A stretch of DNA of 64,000 nucleotides from an uncultured Candidatus Saccharibacteria bacterium (lineage in GTDB: Bacteria; Patescibacteriota; Minisyncoccia; Phycocordibacterales; UBA918): contig CAYNQD010000002.1 of assembly GCA_964399295.1 (NCBI GenBank), positions 27,859 to 91,858 on the forward strand. The letters run 5' to 3'. The notes under the pieces were generated by a model, which saw nothing but the letters and a program-made list of their open reading frames with translations, made no database searches and was not told where the DNA came from. How positions within the stretch are numbered: the stretch's first letter is position 1; each line of letters opens with the position of its first letter. Shown piece after piece: positions 36,589-46,757 of the stretch. A program made the translations under genes and the position numbers.

Positions 36589-38358
36589 TTATAAGTCTGC
36601 GGTGTGTTTAAGAAAAATATCGTCATCTTTTTTATCGGCCGACGATTCTTCCTGGGCTGACACTGTCGGGTGGGGTAATTCGACTACTCGCTCCAGTTCC
36701 TCAAGTGAAGTTATTCCGCGTACTACTTTTTCAATACCATCTTCTATCATGGTGGGGATTCCTTGCGGTTTGGCGGCTTCTAGTATGGTGTGTTCACGGG
36801 GGTCTCTGATGACCGCTTCTTCTACTGCTTCATCCATCAAAATCGCTTCAAATATTCCCACACGGCCGTTGTAGCCGGTCATCCCGCAGTTGGTACAGCC
36901 TTTGGCTCGGTAGAGTTGAAGCGGTTCTTTGATTTCCGGTTTGGCCGGATGGTTTTTTAATATATTTTTTATCAAAAATATTTCATTCTCGCTGGCTTGG
37001 TAGGATTGTCTGCAATTTAAGCAAAGTTTTCGCGTCAATCTTTGTCCCATCATTATGTTGACGGCGCTGCCGATTATTCTTGGGTCAATTCCCAAGTCAA
37101 TCAAACGCGGGAAGCCACCCACGGCGTTGTTTGTGTGAAGGGTAGAGAATACCAAGTGACCGGTTTGCGCGGCGTGGATGGCGGTTTCGGCCACTTCATG
37201 ATCGCGAATCTCACCAATCATGATAATGTCGGGGTCTTGACGCAAGATGGCGCGCAGTCCGGAAGCAAAGGTGTAATCGTCTCCGGTCTGGGTTTGGACG
37301 ATACCGTCAAGTTTGTATTCCACCGGATTTTCAATGGTAATAATTTTCACTCCTTCTTTGTGGGCTTCCTTGAGAAAAGTATAGAGAGCGGTGGTTTTTC
37401 CGGAGCCGGTGGGGCCGGTGGTTATGATTAGTCCGTTTGGTTTTTTTATTTCTTGAACAACTACTCTCTTGAGAATCGGATTGAGGTCGATATTTTCAAG
37501 CGCAAAGGTGGCGATGCTGGGATCAAGCAGACGCATTACCATAGACTCACCGGCAGCGCCTGGTATCACTGAAACACGCACTTCAATCTCGCGATCAATC
37601 ACGACAAAAGTAAATCTACCGTCCTGCGCCTCCAGTCTTTTGTTTAGAGCCATGCCGGCCAATAATTTCAATCTGGACATCAGGCGGTCGTAGATGTAGC
37701 GGTCTATATCGTAAATATCATGCAATACTCCGTCAAGACGATAACGTATTCTAACCACAAATTCTTCCGGCTCAATGTGGATGTCGGAAGCGGAAAGGCT
37801 GATTGCTCCGGCAAACAACATCTCAATGGTTTCGGTGACGCGGCGGGAATTGTTTATGGTCGCGATTTTGTTTAGTTCATTGATGGCGTCTTCTTTATTT
37901 TTTATATTACTCATAAACTTGGCAATATCTTCGGTGTCGATATCAAAAACTCCTTTTTTACGAGCAGAAGATTCTATTAGGTCGGCATATCTGGCCCAGG
38001 CATGTTCCAAGCTGCTGGAAGAACACATATAAACCTGGATATTTTGCCGGTCGTTTTGTATTTCGGATAAGGCGCTTAGGGTAATGGGGTCGTTTGGGTT
38101 TTTGACCGCTATGGAAATGAGATTGTGGGTAAAATCAAATATTACCAATTTCGCCTCCCGGGCTTTGGCCTCAGGATAGAGAGCTACCGCTTCCGGATTG
38201 ATGGTGTAGCCATGAAGATTGATGTAATCAAAACCGTATTGTGGTGCCAGGGTTTGAATCAATTTCTCCTCTTCGCTTTTTCTTAAATCGTCAATCCTAA
38301 CGTTAGAAAATTCATCGTTGAATTTAATCATACTGGAAAAAGTATAGCATGGTCCCAA
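36589..38358 (-). CDS. pilB: type IV pilus assembly ATPase PilB (GspE family)
   Basis: 589 aa. N-terminal GspII_E_N domain, Walker A ITTGPTGSGKTT, Asp box and His box, tetracysteine CLNC...CTNC. Confidence 0.85.
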   Translation of the reverse strand: MGPCYTFSSMIKFNDEFSNVRIDDLRKSEEEKLIQTLAPQYGFDYINLHGYTINPEAVALYPEAKAREAKLVIFDFTHNLISIAVKNPNDPITLSALSEIQNDRQNIQVYMCSSSSLEHAWARYADLIESSARKKGVFDIDTEDIAKFMSNIKNKEDAINELNKIATINNSRRVTETIEMLFAGAISLSASDIHIEPEEFVVRIRYRLDGVLHDIYDIDRYIYDRLMSRLKLLAGMALNKRLEAQDGRFTFVVIDREIEVRVSVIPGAAGESMVMRLLDPSIATFALENIDLNPILKRVVVQEIKKPNGLIITTGPTGSGKTTALYTFLKEAHKEGVKIITIENPVEYKLDGIVQTQTGDDYTFASGLRAILRQDPDIIMIGEIRDHEVAETAIHAAQTGHLVFSTLHTNNAVGGFPRLIDLGIDPRIIGSAVNIMMGQRLTRKLCLNCRQSYQASENEIFLIKNILKNHPAKPEIKEPLQLYRAKGCTNCGMTGYNGRVGIFEAILMDEAVEEAVIRDPREHTILEAAKPQGIPTMIEDGIEKVVRGITSLEELERVVELPHPTVSAQEESSADKKDDDIFLKHTADL

Positions 38359-38373
38359 TACTAATTAAAAATC

Positions 38374-38411
38374 TTACCCAACTCCACACTGTTTGCGACG
38401 GGCGGAGCAAA
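38374..38411 (+). repeat. GC-rich palindromic element, short copy R3 (cacactgtttgc-gacgggcggag-caaaccgtgtg)
   Basis: Shares the stem-end (CTGTTTGC/GCAAAC) and GGGCGGAG core with R1 and R2. Confidence 0.45.
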
Positions 38412-38519
38412 CCGTGTGTGGGTTTGTGGCCGGAGCTATTGTTTTATTCAAAAACTCAGGTATAGTAAATTACGGTTTCAAGTTAGTTATTTTTCAATAT
38501 TGGTTTGGAGGATGATGTG

Positions 38520-38789
38520 ATGAACAAGATAAAAGTAATTTTGTCTGTCTTCGGTTTAAGTATTGTTTTGGCCGGTTGCGCCGCTCCTATGGTGGCGCAA
38601 ATGGCTCTTAGCGGGGCTTCCATAGTAGGCACTAACGCGCTCTTTGGCAGAAGTTCCAGAGGGTCGATGGAAGATCGCAAGCAGGTTCTCTGTGCTCGTC
38701 TCGAACAAGATTCGCGAGACAAGGGCTGGTCAGAGGAGCAGGTCAGGGATAAATTAGAATCCTATAAATGCCGGAAGGGATTCTACTAA
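38520..38789 (+). CDS. small lipoprotein, hypothetical
   Basis: RBS ggagga 8 nt upstream of the ATG at 38520. Lipobox VLAGC. Confidence 0.55.
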   Translation: MNKIKVILSVFGLSIVLAGCAAPMVAQMALSGASIVGTNALFGRSSRGSMEDRKQVLCARLEQDSRDKGWSEEQVRDKLESYKCRKGFY

Positions 38790-38824
38790 AAATGACTTAT
38801 GGTGTTTAGTACCGCAATTGATTT

Positions 38825-39298
38825 TTGATTGCGGTACGTTTGACTATGAATAAAAAATACACGATTTTTGATTTGACTGAACTGAAAGCTTTGGCGACTC
38901 TGCTGGTGAATGATTTTCTTTCTAAAATCAAAACCTCAGACCAAGCTACTGTGGTGGCTTTGTCGGGAGATTTGGGGGCTGGTAAGACGGCTTTGGTTAA
39001 GCTGGTGGCAAAGGAGCTTGGTATTTTTGAAACCATAACCAGCCCCACTTTCAATATTATAAAGCTGTATCAAATCACCGGTCATGAAAAATTTAAACAA
39101 CTGGTACACATTGACGCGTACAGAATCGACGATATTTCTGAATTGCGACCTTTGCGTTTTGCTGAATTTTTAAACGACAAGAATAATTTGGTTTGCATTG
39201 AGTGGCCCGAAAAAATAAAAGCAGTTTTGCCGGCGGATACTATAAATATTTCCATAAAAATTTTGCCGGCGGAAGAAAGAGAAATTACTTTCAACTGA
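38825..39298 (+). CDS. tsaE: tRNA threonylcarbamoyladenosine biosynthesis protein TsaE
   Basis: P-loop ALSGDLGAGKTALVK and the TsaE signature ITSPTFNIIKLY. Confidence 0.8.
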   Translation: MIAVRLTMNKKYTIFDLTELKALATLLVNDFLSKIKTSDQATVVALSGDLGAGKTALVKLVAKELGIFETITSPTFNIIKLYQITGHEKFKQLVHIDAYRIDDISELRPLRFAEFLNDKNNLVCIEWPEKIKAVLPADTINISIKILPAEEREITFN

Positions 39299-39308
39299 AT
39301 ACTGATTT

Positions 39309-41744
39309 TTGTCTAGTGCGAGATGGTCAAAAAATCAGTATACTGATGTTATGTCCGTTTCTAAAAAAAATAAAGACCGTTTAGTGATATTGGATGCTCA
39401 CGCTATCTTGCACCGAGCGTATCATGCTCTACCGGATTTTACCTCTCCTAGCGGCGAGCCAACCGGAGCTTTGTATGGGGTGGTAGCTATGCTTCTAAAA
39501 ATAGTTGAAGACTTTGACCCGAAATATATCGTGGCTTGTTTTGATTTGCCAGAACCAACCTACCGCCACGATGCTTTTGCCGACTACAAAGGAAAACGAG
39601 AAAAAACCGACGAATCTTTAGTGGCTCAGATTATTCGCTCACGGGATATTTTTACGGCTTTTGGTATTCCTTTATACGAACAAGTTGGTTTTGAAGCGGA
39701 TGATTTGCTCGGTACTATCGCCAAGCAAACCGAAAGCCTACCAAATCTGGAAGTAATTATTGCTTCCGGCGACATGGACACCATGCAGTGCGTGGACGGC
39801 AAGAGAGTGCGAGTATACACTTTAAAAAAGGGAATTAAAGACACTATTATCTATGACGAAAAAGCGGTGAAAGAACGTTTTGGTTTCCTGCCCAGATTGA
39901 TTCCTGATTACAAAGGTTTGCGTGGGGACGCTTCAGACAATATCCCAGGCATTGTCGGTATAGGTGAGAAGACAGCCACTGAGCTAATCACCAAATTTGG
40001 CAGCGTTGACGCTATTTATAAAAAATTAAAAAAAGACGAAGCGGCTTTCGTGGCAGCCGGCATCAAGCCGAGAATTATTGGTTTACTAAAAGCCGGCGAA
40101 GAAGAGGCACAGTTTTCAAAAATGCTGGCCACGATACGGGTGGACGTACCGATAACTTTTTCGCTGCCAGACAAGTCTTGGCGAGAGGGGATTGAGATAG
40201 AAAAAATCGCCGTCCTATTTAGCGAGCTCGGATTCAAAACGCTGATGTTGAGAATGAAAACCATCTTAAAAATTGATTCAGATATTTCTCTGGCGGAACA
40301 GATTCAAAATATAGATAAGAACGAGGTTGAGCAAGCTGGTATTTTGCTGTGGTTGCTTGAAAGCGAAAGAACCAACTCTGGTTTGAATGACATCATTGAT
40401 TATGGACGCTCCAGATTTGATAGTGGCGATTTTACGGAAATAAAAAAACAGCTTTTGGATCAGGTGGAAAAACATCAAAAATTAAAAGCAGTTTATGAAA
40501 ATATAGAACTGCCGCTTAGGGCGGTGGTGGCAAAAATGAGTGAATTCGGTATTAAATTAAATGTTGATTATTTGCGAGTTTTATCCAAGAAAATGCATGA
40601 AGAACTGGCAATTTTGCAGGCTGATATCTACAAAGCTGCGGATATGGAATTTAATATCAATTCACCAAAACAGCTGGGAGAGGTTTTGTTTGACAAGCTT
40701 GGCTTGAAACCAAAAAACCAGAAAAAGACCGCCGGCGGACAGCGTTCGACCAAAGAATCCGAATTGGAAAAACTAAAAACCGCCCATGAAATTATTCCCA
40801 AATTATTACGCTATCGTGAATTGCAAAAATTAGTTTCTACCTATGTCGATACTTTGCCTGAGGAGGTCGGTGCGGACGGCCGCGTTCACACTACTTTTTT
40901 GCAGACTGGTACGACCACAGGACGGGTTTCTTCCAAAGACCCAAATTTGCAAAATATTCCCATTCGCACCGAAGAAAGTCGGTCGATCAGGCGAGCATTT
41001 GTGGCTAGTGAAGGATTTCAAATGGTGGGAATTGATTATTCACAAATTGAACTCCGAATTGCCGCTATTATGTCTAAAGACATGAAGATGATAGATATTT
41101 TCAGACGTGGCGAGGACGTGCATACTGGAGTGGCGGTGCGAGTTTTTGGAGTGAATGCTGATGAGGTAACCAGTGAAATGCGCCGCAAAGCCAAGATAAT
41201 AAATTTTGGTATTCTTTACGGCATGGGTGTAAATGCTTTGCGGGCTAATTTGGGAGAGGATACCAGCCGCGAGGAAGCGCAGACATTTTTCAACGCTTAT
41301 TTTCATACTTTCACCCGCTTGGCTGAATATTTGGAAGAGACAAAAGAATTTGCTAGAAATCATGGCTACACCGAAACTTTATTCGGGCGGCAACGCCATT
41401 TTCCGGGAATAAAATCTTCCGCTCCTTTTATAAAAGCGCAAGCTGAAAGAATGGCCATCAATGCGCCGATTCAAGGTACGGCCGCCGACGTGATGCGGAT
41501 AGCCATGAATAATGTTTATAGTTATCTGGATTTGGAAAACAAACTTGATGATGTCAGAATGTTGCTACAGGTGCATGATGAATTGGTTTTTGAAATCAAG
41601 ACTGAGTTGGTGGATGAAGTGGTACCAAAATTGGTGGCTATTATGGAAGGGGTTCTGGCTGATAAAGAAAATCATGGAGTGCCGATAAAAGTGGATGTGG
41701 CGATTGGTTTGAATTGGGCGGATTTGGAGGATAAGAAATTTTAG
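39309..41744 (+). CDS. polA: DNA polymerase I
   Basis: 811 aa. 5'-3' exonuclease domain (LILDAHAILHRAYHA), polymerase motifs A (MVGIDYSQIELRI), B (RRKAKIINFGILYGMG) and C (VHDELVFE). Confidence 0.9.
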   Translation: MSSARWSKNQYTDVMSVSKKNKDRLVILDAHAILHRAYHALPDFTSPSGEPTGALYGVVAMLLKIVEDFDPKYIVACFDLPEPTYRHDAFADYKGKREKTDESLVAQIIRSRDIFTAFGIPLYEQVGFEADDLLGTIAKQTESLPNLEVIIASGDMDTMQCVDGKRVRVYTLKKGIKDTIIYDEKAVKERFGFLPRLIPDYKGLRGDASDNIPGIVGIGEKTATELITKFGSVDAIYKKLKKDEAAFVAAGIKPRIIGLLKAGEEEAQFSKMLATIRVDVPITFSLPDKSWREGIEIEKIAVLFSELGFKTLMLRMKTILKIDSDISLAEQIQNIDKNEVEQAGILLWLLESERTNSGLNDIIDYGRSRFDSGDFTEIKKQLLDQVEKHQKLKAVYENIELPLRAVVAKMSEFGIKLNVDYLRVLSKKMHEELAILQADIYKAADMEFNINSPKQLGEVLFDKLGLKPKNQKKTAGGQRSTKESELEKLKTAHEIIPKLLRYRELQKLVSTYVDTLPEEVGADGRVHTTFLQTGTTTGRVSSKDPNLQNIPIRTEESRSIRRAFVASEGFQMVGIDYSQIELRIAAIMSKDMKMIDIFRRGEDVHTGVAVRVFGVNADEVTSEMRRKAKIINFGILYGMGVNALRANLGEDTSREEAQTFFNAYFHTFTRLAEYLEETKEFARNHGYTETLFGRQRHFPGIKSSAPFIKAQAERMAINAPIQGTAADVMRIAMNNVYSYLDLENKLDDVRMLLQVHDELVFEIKTELVDEVVPKLVAIMEGVLADKENHGVPIKVDVAIGLNWADLEDKKF

Positions 41745-41747
41745 TTT

Positions 41748-42452
41748 ATGTTGGCGGTATTTTACGGTAGTGATCAAATTAAAGTTCGAGAAGAAGCTCA
41801 TAATTATATTGATAATTTAATCAAAGATGATCAGCTCTTGGTGCGATTGGAACCTGACAATTACGAAGCCGGACAACTTTTAAATTTGAGCGCGGCGGCG
41901 GTTTTGTTTGGTCTACCGCCGATTTATCTGCTTGATACTTTTTCCAATCAGGTTGATTTGTATTCTGAGCTGCTTGAGCATCTGGAGGACTTGGCGTCAT
42001 CAGATTATATTTTTGTGGTGATAGAAAAGGAACTAAACGCCAATAGCAAAAAACTTTTTACTAAACACACCGACAAGCTCATAGAACTAAAAAAGGCGGC
42101 AGGGGATTATAAATTCAATATATTTAGTTTGGCGGAAGCTTTGTCAAATAAAGATAAGCGCCGGCTGTGGGTGCTTTTGCAAGAGGCGAAAAAAAACAAT
42201 CTTTCCTCGGAGGAAATTATTGGCACTTTGTGGTGGCAGTTGAAAACCCTGCGGCTGGCCTTGCTTACTGGCTCATCCACGGAAGCCGGCGTGAAAGATT
42301 TTCCCTACAACAAAGCCAAGCGCGCCTTGAGAAATTTTAAAACCGGCGAGATTGAAGACTTGTCTTTCAAATTATTAAAACTTTACCATGATGGTCATGC
42401 CGGCAAGAGGGATATTGATTTGGCGCTTGAGGAATGGGTGTTGACCCTGTAG
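41748..42452 (+). CDS. putative DNA polymerase III delta subunit (HolA-like)
   Basis: 234 aa. Pattern of an N-terminal Rossmann-like domain plus a C-terminal helical domain (NIFSLAEALSNKDKRRLWVLLQEA..) resembles HolA. Weak. Confidence 0.35.
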   Translation: MLAVFYGSDQIKVREEAHNYIDNLIKDDQLLVRLEPDNYEAGQLLNLSAAAVLFGLPPIYLLDTFSNQVDLYSELLEHLEDLASSDYIFVVIEKELNANSKKLFTKHTDKLIELKKAAGDYKFNIFSLAEALSNKDKRRLWVLLQEAKKNNLSSEEIIGTLWWQLKTLRLALLTGSSTEAGVKDFPYNKAKRALRNFKTGEIEDLSFKLLKLYHDGHAGKRDIDLALEEWVLTL

Positions 42453-42458
42453 AATTCA

Positions 42459-43163
42459 GTGATGTCGAATTTACTGCAAAGAGCTTTTGTTGATAATCGA
42501 GACCGATTATTTTTCTTGGTCAATGACGCTTTGGCAATAATCACTATTATTTCCATAATCACGCTGGTACTGGAAACAGTTCCGTCTTTGGAAAAATATT
42601 CAACCTGGTTTTTGATTATCGAATGGGTGACGGTGGTATTTTTTCTGGCGGAGTATGTCGGCCGCTTGTACGTGGCTACGCCAAAACGCAAGTATGCGCT
42701 TAGTTTTTTGGGAATAATTGATTTGGTGGCTATTTTACCGACTATTCTTGGACTCGGTAATTTCACTTTTTTGAAATCTGCTCGCGCGGTGCGGTTAATC
42801 CGACTTTTGCGAATGTTTAGATTATTAAAAATTACCCGCATGCCAAAGGGTACTGATCCGGAAGAATCACTGGGCGTTTTTGGATTTAATATTTTGATTT
42901 ATTTCGTTGTGCTACTTTTTGGTTTATTGGTTACCGGTACTTTGATTTATTTGGCAGAATCATTGGCGGAAAGTATACCAGCTGGTATGTTGTGGTCTTT
43001 GAAAATATTTATGGGTATTACGGTGACTGAGCCACAGGCCGGAGTGGGAATGGTGATTTTTGTCATCACCAAATTCATCGGTCTTTTACTACTCGGCCTC
43101 TTGGTGGGAGTGGTTGGCAATGTATTTAATTGGCTGCTTTTGGGAGGCAAAAAAGTGGTATAG
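42459..43163 (+). CDS. voltage-gated ion channel family protein (Ion_trans)
   Basis: S4-like arginine repeat ARAVRLIRLLRMFRLLK, multiple TM segments, and a pore-like segment. Confidence 0.55.
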   Translation: MMSNLLQRAFVDNRDRLFFLVNDALAIITIISIITLVLETVPSLEKYSTWFLIIEWVTVVFFLAEYVGRLYVATPKRKYALSFLGIIDLVAILPTILGLGNFTFLKSARAVRLIRLLRMFRLLKITRMPKGTDPEESLGVFGFNILIYFVVLLFGLLVTGTLIYLAESLAESIPAGMLWSLKIFMGITVTEPQAGVGMVIFVITKFIGLLLLGLLVGVVGNVFNWLLLGGKKVV

Positions 43164-43206
43164 ACACTTCCACCCCTCCCCAGCCAAACGTCTTACTAGT
43201 TTTTTG

Positions 43207-43279
43207 TGCGCCCACTAGGGATCGAACCTAGGACCTTCTCCTTAAAAGGGAGCTGCTCTACCGGCTGAGCTATGGGCGC
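43207..43279 (-). tRNA. tRNA-Lys (anticodon TTT)
   Basis: Manual fold: acceptor GCGCCCA/TGGGCGC, D-arm, anticodon loop CTTTTAA, T-loop TTCGATC. No encoded CCA. Confidence 0.85.
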
Positions 43280-43353
43280 ATATATTGGTTTTTGTGGCAA
43301 CACTTTACCATATTACATGAGTAAATCAAATAAAAATAGAGGCTTCAGTGCTA

Positions 43354-43438
43354 ATTGCCCCCACAGCAACTCACTATTTGCTCCGCCCTCCGCCCCAATA
43401 ACCGCCCTACGCAAACAGTGAGTTGCTGTGGGGGCAAT
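43354..43438 (-). repeat. GC-rich palindromic element, copy R2: 27-bp stem (1 mismatch) around core ctccgccctccgccccaataaccgccctacg, the reverse complement of the R1-type core
   Basis: Read directly. On the minus strand it aligns with R1 along its length, with a conserved GGGCGG(A/T)TATTGGGG(T/C)GG(C/A)GGGCG core. Confidence 0.6.
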
Positions 43439-43476
43439 AGATTACCAACAGATTATTTGTTAAGCTAACAAACACC

Positions 43477-43932
43477 ATGAAACAAGTTATTTTGCACGAC
43501 ATCAGGAGTAATTATAATGTTGGTGCGATTTTTAGGACTGCTGACGCGACCGCGGTTTCCAAAATTTATTTGACCGGATATACGCCCGCGCCGCAGGATC
43601 GTTTTGGGCGGGAGGTGGCTGAGATTAGTAAAACCGCTTTGGGTGCGGAAAATTTTGTGTCTTGGGAACAGGTGGAGGACATTTTGTCTTTGCTGGAAAA
43701 ATTAAAAAACGCCGGCTCCAAAATTGTGGCCATTGAACAATCAGAAAATTCAGTTTCACTTTATGATTTTAAAGTACCGGATAATGTCGTTTATATTTTG
43801 GGTTCGGAGACGGCAGGTCTGTCGAAAGAAATTATCAGTGCGGCGGATATGGTTGTGGAAATACCGATGAGCGGCCGAAAAGAATCATTGAATGTCTCGG
43901 TAACGGCGGGGGTGGTGTTGTATCATATATAG
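43477..43932 (+). CDS. TrmH/SpoU-family RNA 2'-O-methyltransferase
   Basis: 151 aa. SpoU motifs NYNVGAIFRTADATAV...ILGSETAGLS...IPMSG..SLNVSVTAG. Confidence 0.8.
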   Translation: MKQVILHDIRSNYNVGAIFRTADATAVSKIYLTGYTPAPQDRFGREVAEISKTALGAENFVSWEQVEDILSLLEKLKNAGSKIVAIEQSENSVSLYDFKVPDNVVYILGSETAGLSKEIISAADMVVEIPMSGRKESLNVSVTAGVVLYHI

Positions 43933-43935
43933 ATT

Positions 43936-45438
43936 ATGTTTGTTTGGCTTTCTTCTACTCCCAAGTTGGCTTTATATTTTTTAAGCGGGATTTTGTTGGG
44001 GGTGGGATTTGTCTGGAGTCAATTATGGATTTTAGTTTTTTTGGGAATATTTTTATACTTACTGATTCTTAGTAGGACAGAATCTTTAAAACCAGTTTTG
44101 TTGGGAAGTTTTATTACCTTTACCGTCAAAACTCTTTTTGCCACTTCGGTCTTCTGGAGCGTTTATCCGATTACCTGGCTGGAGCTTGATTTGGGTTTGT
44201 GGGAACTGCCCATCATTGGTCTGTACTGGATTTCCATATCTGCGTTTATTGGTTTGGGTGGAGTGGTGGGTGGTTTTTTGATTTGGTTTGCGCACCAGAA
44301 AGTTCAGGTGGCTTTTTTTGCAATACTATTACCATTCATTTTTATTGCTAGCGAAATCTTTGGTTCGCTGATGTTTTCTATTTTGACTTATGGTGAAGGC
44401 GGCTCAATAAATACTGCCTATAGTCTTGGGTATATCGGCTATTTACTGGGAGAGCATAATTGGCTGGTGCAAACGGCGGTTTTTGGCGGGGTTTATATTT
44501 TAACAGCGCTGGCGGTGTTGCTTGGATTTTTATTTTGGCTTTTATACGAGCAGACCTCCAGGAAAATATTTTTCTATATCAGTGTTGCTGTGTTGGTGGT
44601 ATTGTACTCAACTGCCAACGTGCCAATCTTAGAAACAGAAGCGGGAAATAACCACAAAACAACAATCGCGATTGTTGATACTGAATTTGTCGGAGATTTT
44701 CATAAAATGGAAAACCACAAAGAATACAAACGCGAGCAAATTCTTGAAGCGGTGGCGTTTGCTCTGAAGCTGGAACCGGATTATGTGCTTTTGCCTGAGA
44801 ACTCAGAGTTCAACAATCTCAATTTAGTCGCCAAAGGCGCTTACGATTTATTTCGTTTTCAGTATGGAAATCCAAGCGTTGTTCTCATTGACAGCGGAGC
44901 CGCTTTTTTGAGTAGCGACAAAACCGCGGTCGTCAGAGCAACTATCTATGATGGGATAAATAAAACCGGCTGGGCGGTGGACAAGCAATACCTGGTGCCG
45001 CAAGGTGAGTTTATGCCCCATGTCTACCTCGGAGCTTTAAACATCTTGGGGCGGGAAAGTACTTTAAAAAATATAGAAGCCAAACTTTATTTTCGTCCGG
45101 GTCCTTTAGCTAGCCAGGTAGAATTGCCAGCGGTTATTCCGGCGGTACTGTTTTGTTTTGAGAGTGTTGACCCTTATGGTGTGCGGCGCTTGCTGAAAGC
45201 CAGGCCGGGTATTCCTTTTGTCGCTCATCCCATCTCTCACGCTTGGTTTCACCAGTCAGAAGCATTGCATCGTCAGCTTGACACTATGTTGAAAATTCAA
45301 GCTATCTGGAATCAAACCACCATCATCAGCGCCGGCAATATGGCCAGTGGCCTGATGTATACAAAAAAAGGGAAGACAGTCGTGCCGGTTGAAGCTGGAG
45401 TTGGAGAAAGGTGGCGAGTTAGTTTGGTGTCTTTGTAG
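43936..45438 (+). CDS. putative apolipoprotein N-acyltransferase (Lnt-like: N-terminal polytopic domain plus C-terminal CN-hydrolase)
   Basis: 500 aa. About 7 N-terminal TM helices. C-terminal nitrilase-like domain with candidate catalytic Glu (LLPENSEF) and Cys (VLFCFESVD). Confidence 0.5.
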   Translation: MFVWLSSTPKLALYFLSGILLGVGFVWSQLWILVFLGIFLYLLILSRTESLKPVLLGSFITFTVKTLFATSVFWSVYPITWLELDLGLWELPIIGLYWISISAFIGLGGVVGGFLIWFAHQKVQVAFFAILLPFIFIASEIFGSLMFSILTYGEGGSINTAYSLGYIGYLLGEHNWLVQTAVFGGVYILTALAVLLGFLFWLLYEQTSRKIFFYISVAVLVVLYSTANVPILETEAGNNHKTTIAIVDTEFVGDFHKMENHKEYKREQILEAVAFALKLEPDYVLLPENSEFNNLNLVAKGAYDLFRFQYGNPSVVLIDSGAAFLSSDKTAVVRATIYDGINKTGWAVDKQYLVPQGEFMPHVYLGALNILGRESTLKNIEAKLYFRPGPLASQVELPAVIPAVLFCFESVDPYGVRRLLKARPGIPFVAHPISHAWFHQSEALHRQLDTMLKIQAIWNQTTIISAGNMASGLMYTKKGKTVVPVEAGVGERWRVSLVSL

Positions 45439-46708
45439 GGAGTTGATTTAATTCTTCTTGTACGACTTCAGCATCACTCCAAACAGTCTTGGTGCCGTTT
45501 GCACCCATAATGTACGGATCAGTGCCTTTGCCGGAAACAATGACATAGCCTCCGTCTGGAGCTTTTTCCAAAGCTACTCTAATCGCTTCCCGTCTATCCA
45601 TTATTATTTCCAGCTTGTCTTTGTCTGTTATTCCCTTGGCCATCTGCTCGACTATCGAGCGCGGGTCTTCGTCGTAGGGATCTTCGTTGGTGAGAATTAT
45701 TTGATCGCAATATTTGTCGGCAATTGCGCCCATTTCCGGCCTTTTCCAGCTATCGCGCCCGCCGCCGGTGTTGCCAAGGACACAAACTTTTGTGATGTCA
45801 GGAAAGGCTTGATAAAGCTTCTCTAGCGAATCGGTAGTGTGAGCATAGTCGACAATCGCGGTAATATTTTTTTCAGCGTTTTTGGGACTGGAAAATTTTT
45901 CCACCCGACCGGCGATTTTTGTGATGTTTCTAAAAGCTTTGTCGATGGTGAAATAAGAAATTCCGAAAGCTCGGGCGAGAGTGATGACGGAGAGGATGTT
46001 GTAGACATTAAATAGGCCAATCAAAGGTACACGGATGGTGGTGTCATTAAAAACCAAACTAACGCTTTCCCGGTGCAATGAATATAGTGACAAATCATTA
46101 AGCGAGTAGGGAATATTGTATTCAACATCAAAATTCAAAAAATCCTGCCCGTGTTCGTCGTCGATGTTGGCCACTATAAAACGCGGGCGTTTGATTGAAT
46201 TTTCCACGGTCTTAGCGATATCGAGCTTGGCTTTTTTGTATTTTTCAAAAGAACCATGGGACTCGATGTGTTCGGGGGTAAGATTGGTAAAGATGAGAGC
46301 GTCCAGTTCTAAAAACTGATGGCGGAATTGTCTGGAGCCTTCGGAAGTGATTTCGACAACGGCGTGCGTGCAGCCAGCCTCAACCGCCCGCCGCAAAAAA
46401 CGTTGCACAAAAAATCGCCCCGGCATAGTCATTTTAAATAAGTTTCGCTCCACGTCTTCGCCAATCTTGAATTGGATGGTTGAAAGCGAGGCGACTTTGT
46501 GGCCTTCGGCTTCCAGAACGCGGGTCATGAGCTCGGTGACTGTTGATTTTCCTTTGGTACCGGTCACGCCAATGATGAAGATTTCCTTGGATGGGTGTTT
46601 GTACCAGCGGTCGGCCAGATAAGCCAGTGCGTAATGATAATGGGGAAGAACTAGATTTAACAAAGGTTTCGGAATCAATTTCTTTAAAAACAGTATAAGC
46701 TGTGACAT
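45419..46708 (-). CDS. Mur ligase family protein (MurE-like UDP-MurNAc-dipeptide ligase)
   Basis: P-loop IIGVTGTKGKSTVT, VVEITSEG, FTNLTPEHIESHG, and C-terminal domain. Confidence 0.6.
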   Translation of the reverse strand: MSQLILFLKKLIPKPLLNLVLPHYHYALAYLADRWYKHPSKEIFIIGVTGTKGKSTVTELMTRVLEAEGHKVASLSTIQFKIGEDVERNLFKMTMPGRFFVQRFLRRAVEAGCTHAVVEITSEGSRQFRHQFLELDALIFTNLTPEHIESHGSFEKYKKAKLDIAKTVENSIKRPRFIVANIDDEHGQDFLNFDVEYNIPYSLNDLSLYSLHRESVSLVFNDTTIRVPLIGLFNVYNILSVITLARAFGISYFTIDKAFRNITKIAGRVEKFSSPKNAEKNITAIVDYAHTTDSLEKLYQAFPDITKVCVLGNTGGGRDSWKRPEMGAIADKYCDQIILTNEDPYDEDPRSIVEQMAKGITDKDKLEIIMDRREAIRVALEKAPDGGYVIVSGKGTDPYIMGANGTKTVWSDAEVVQEELNQLPTKTPN

Positions 46709-46757
46709 GTATATAGTATACGAGTAATCACCCTTTTTGCCAAAAGATAAGGGGTTT

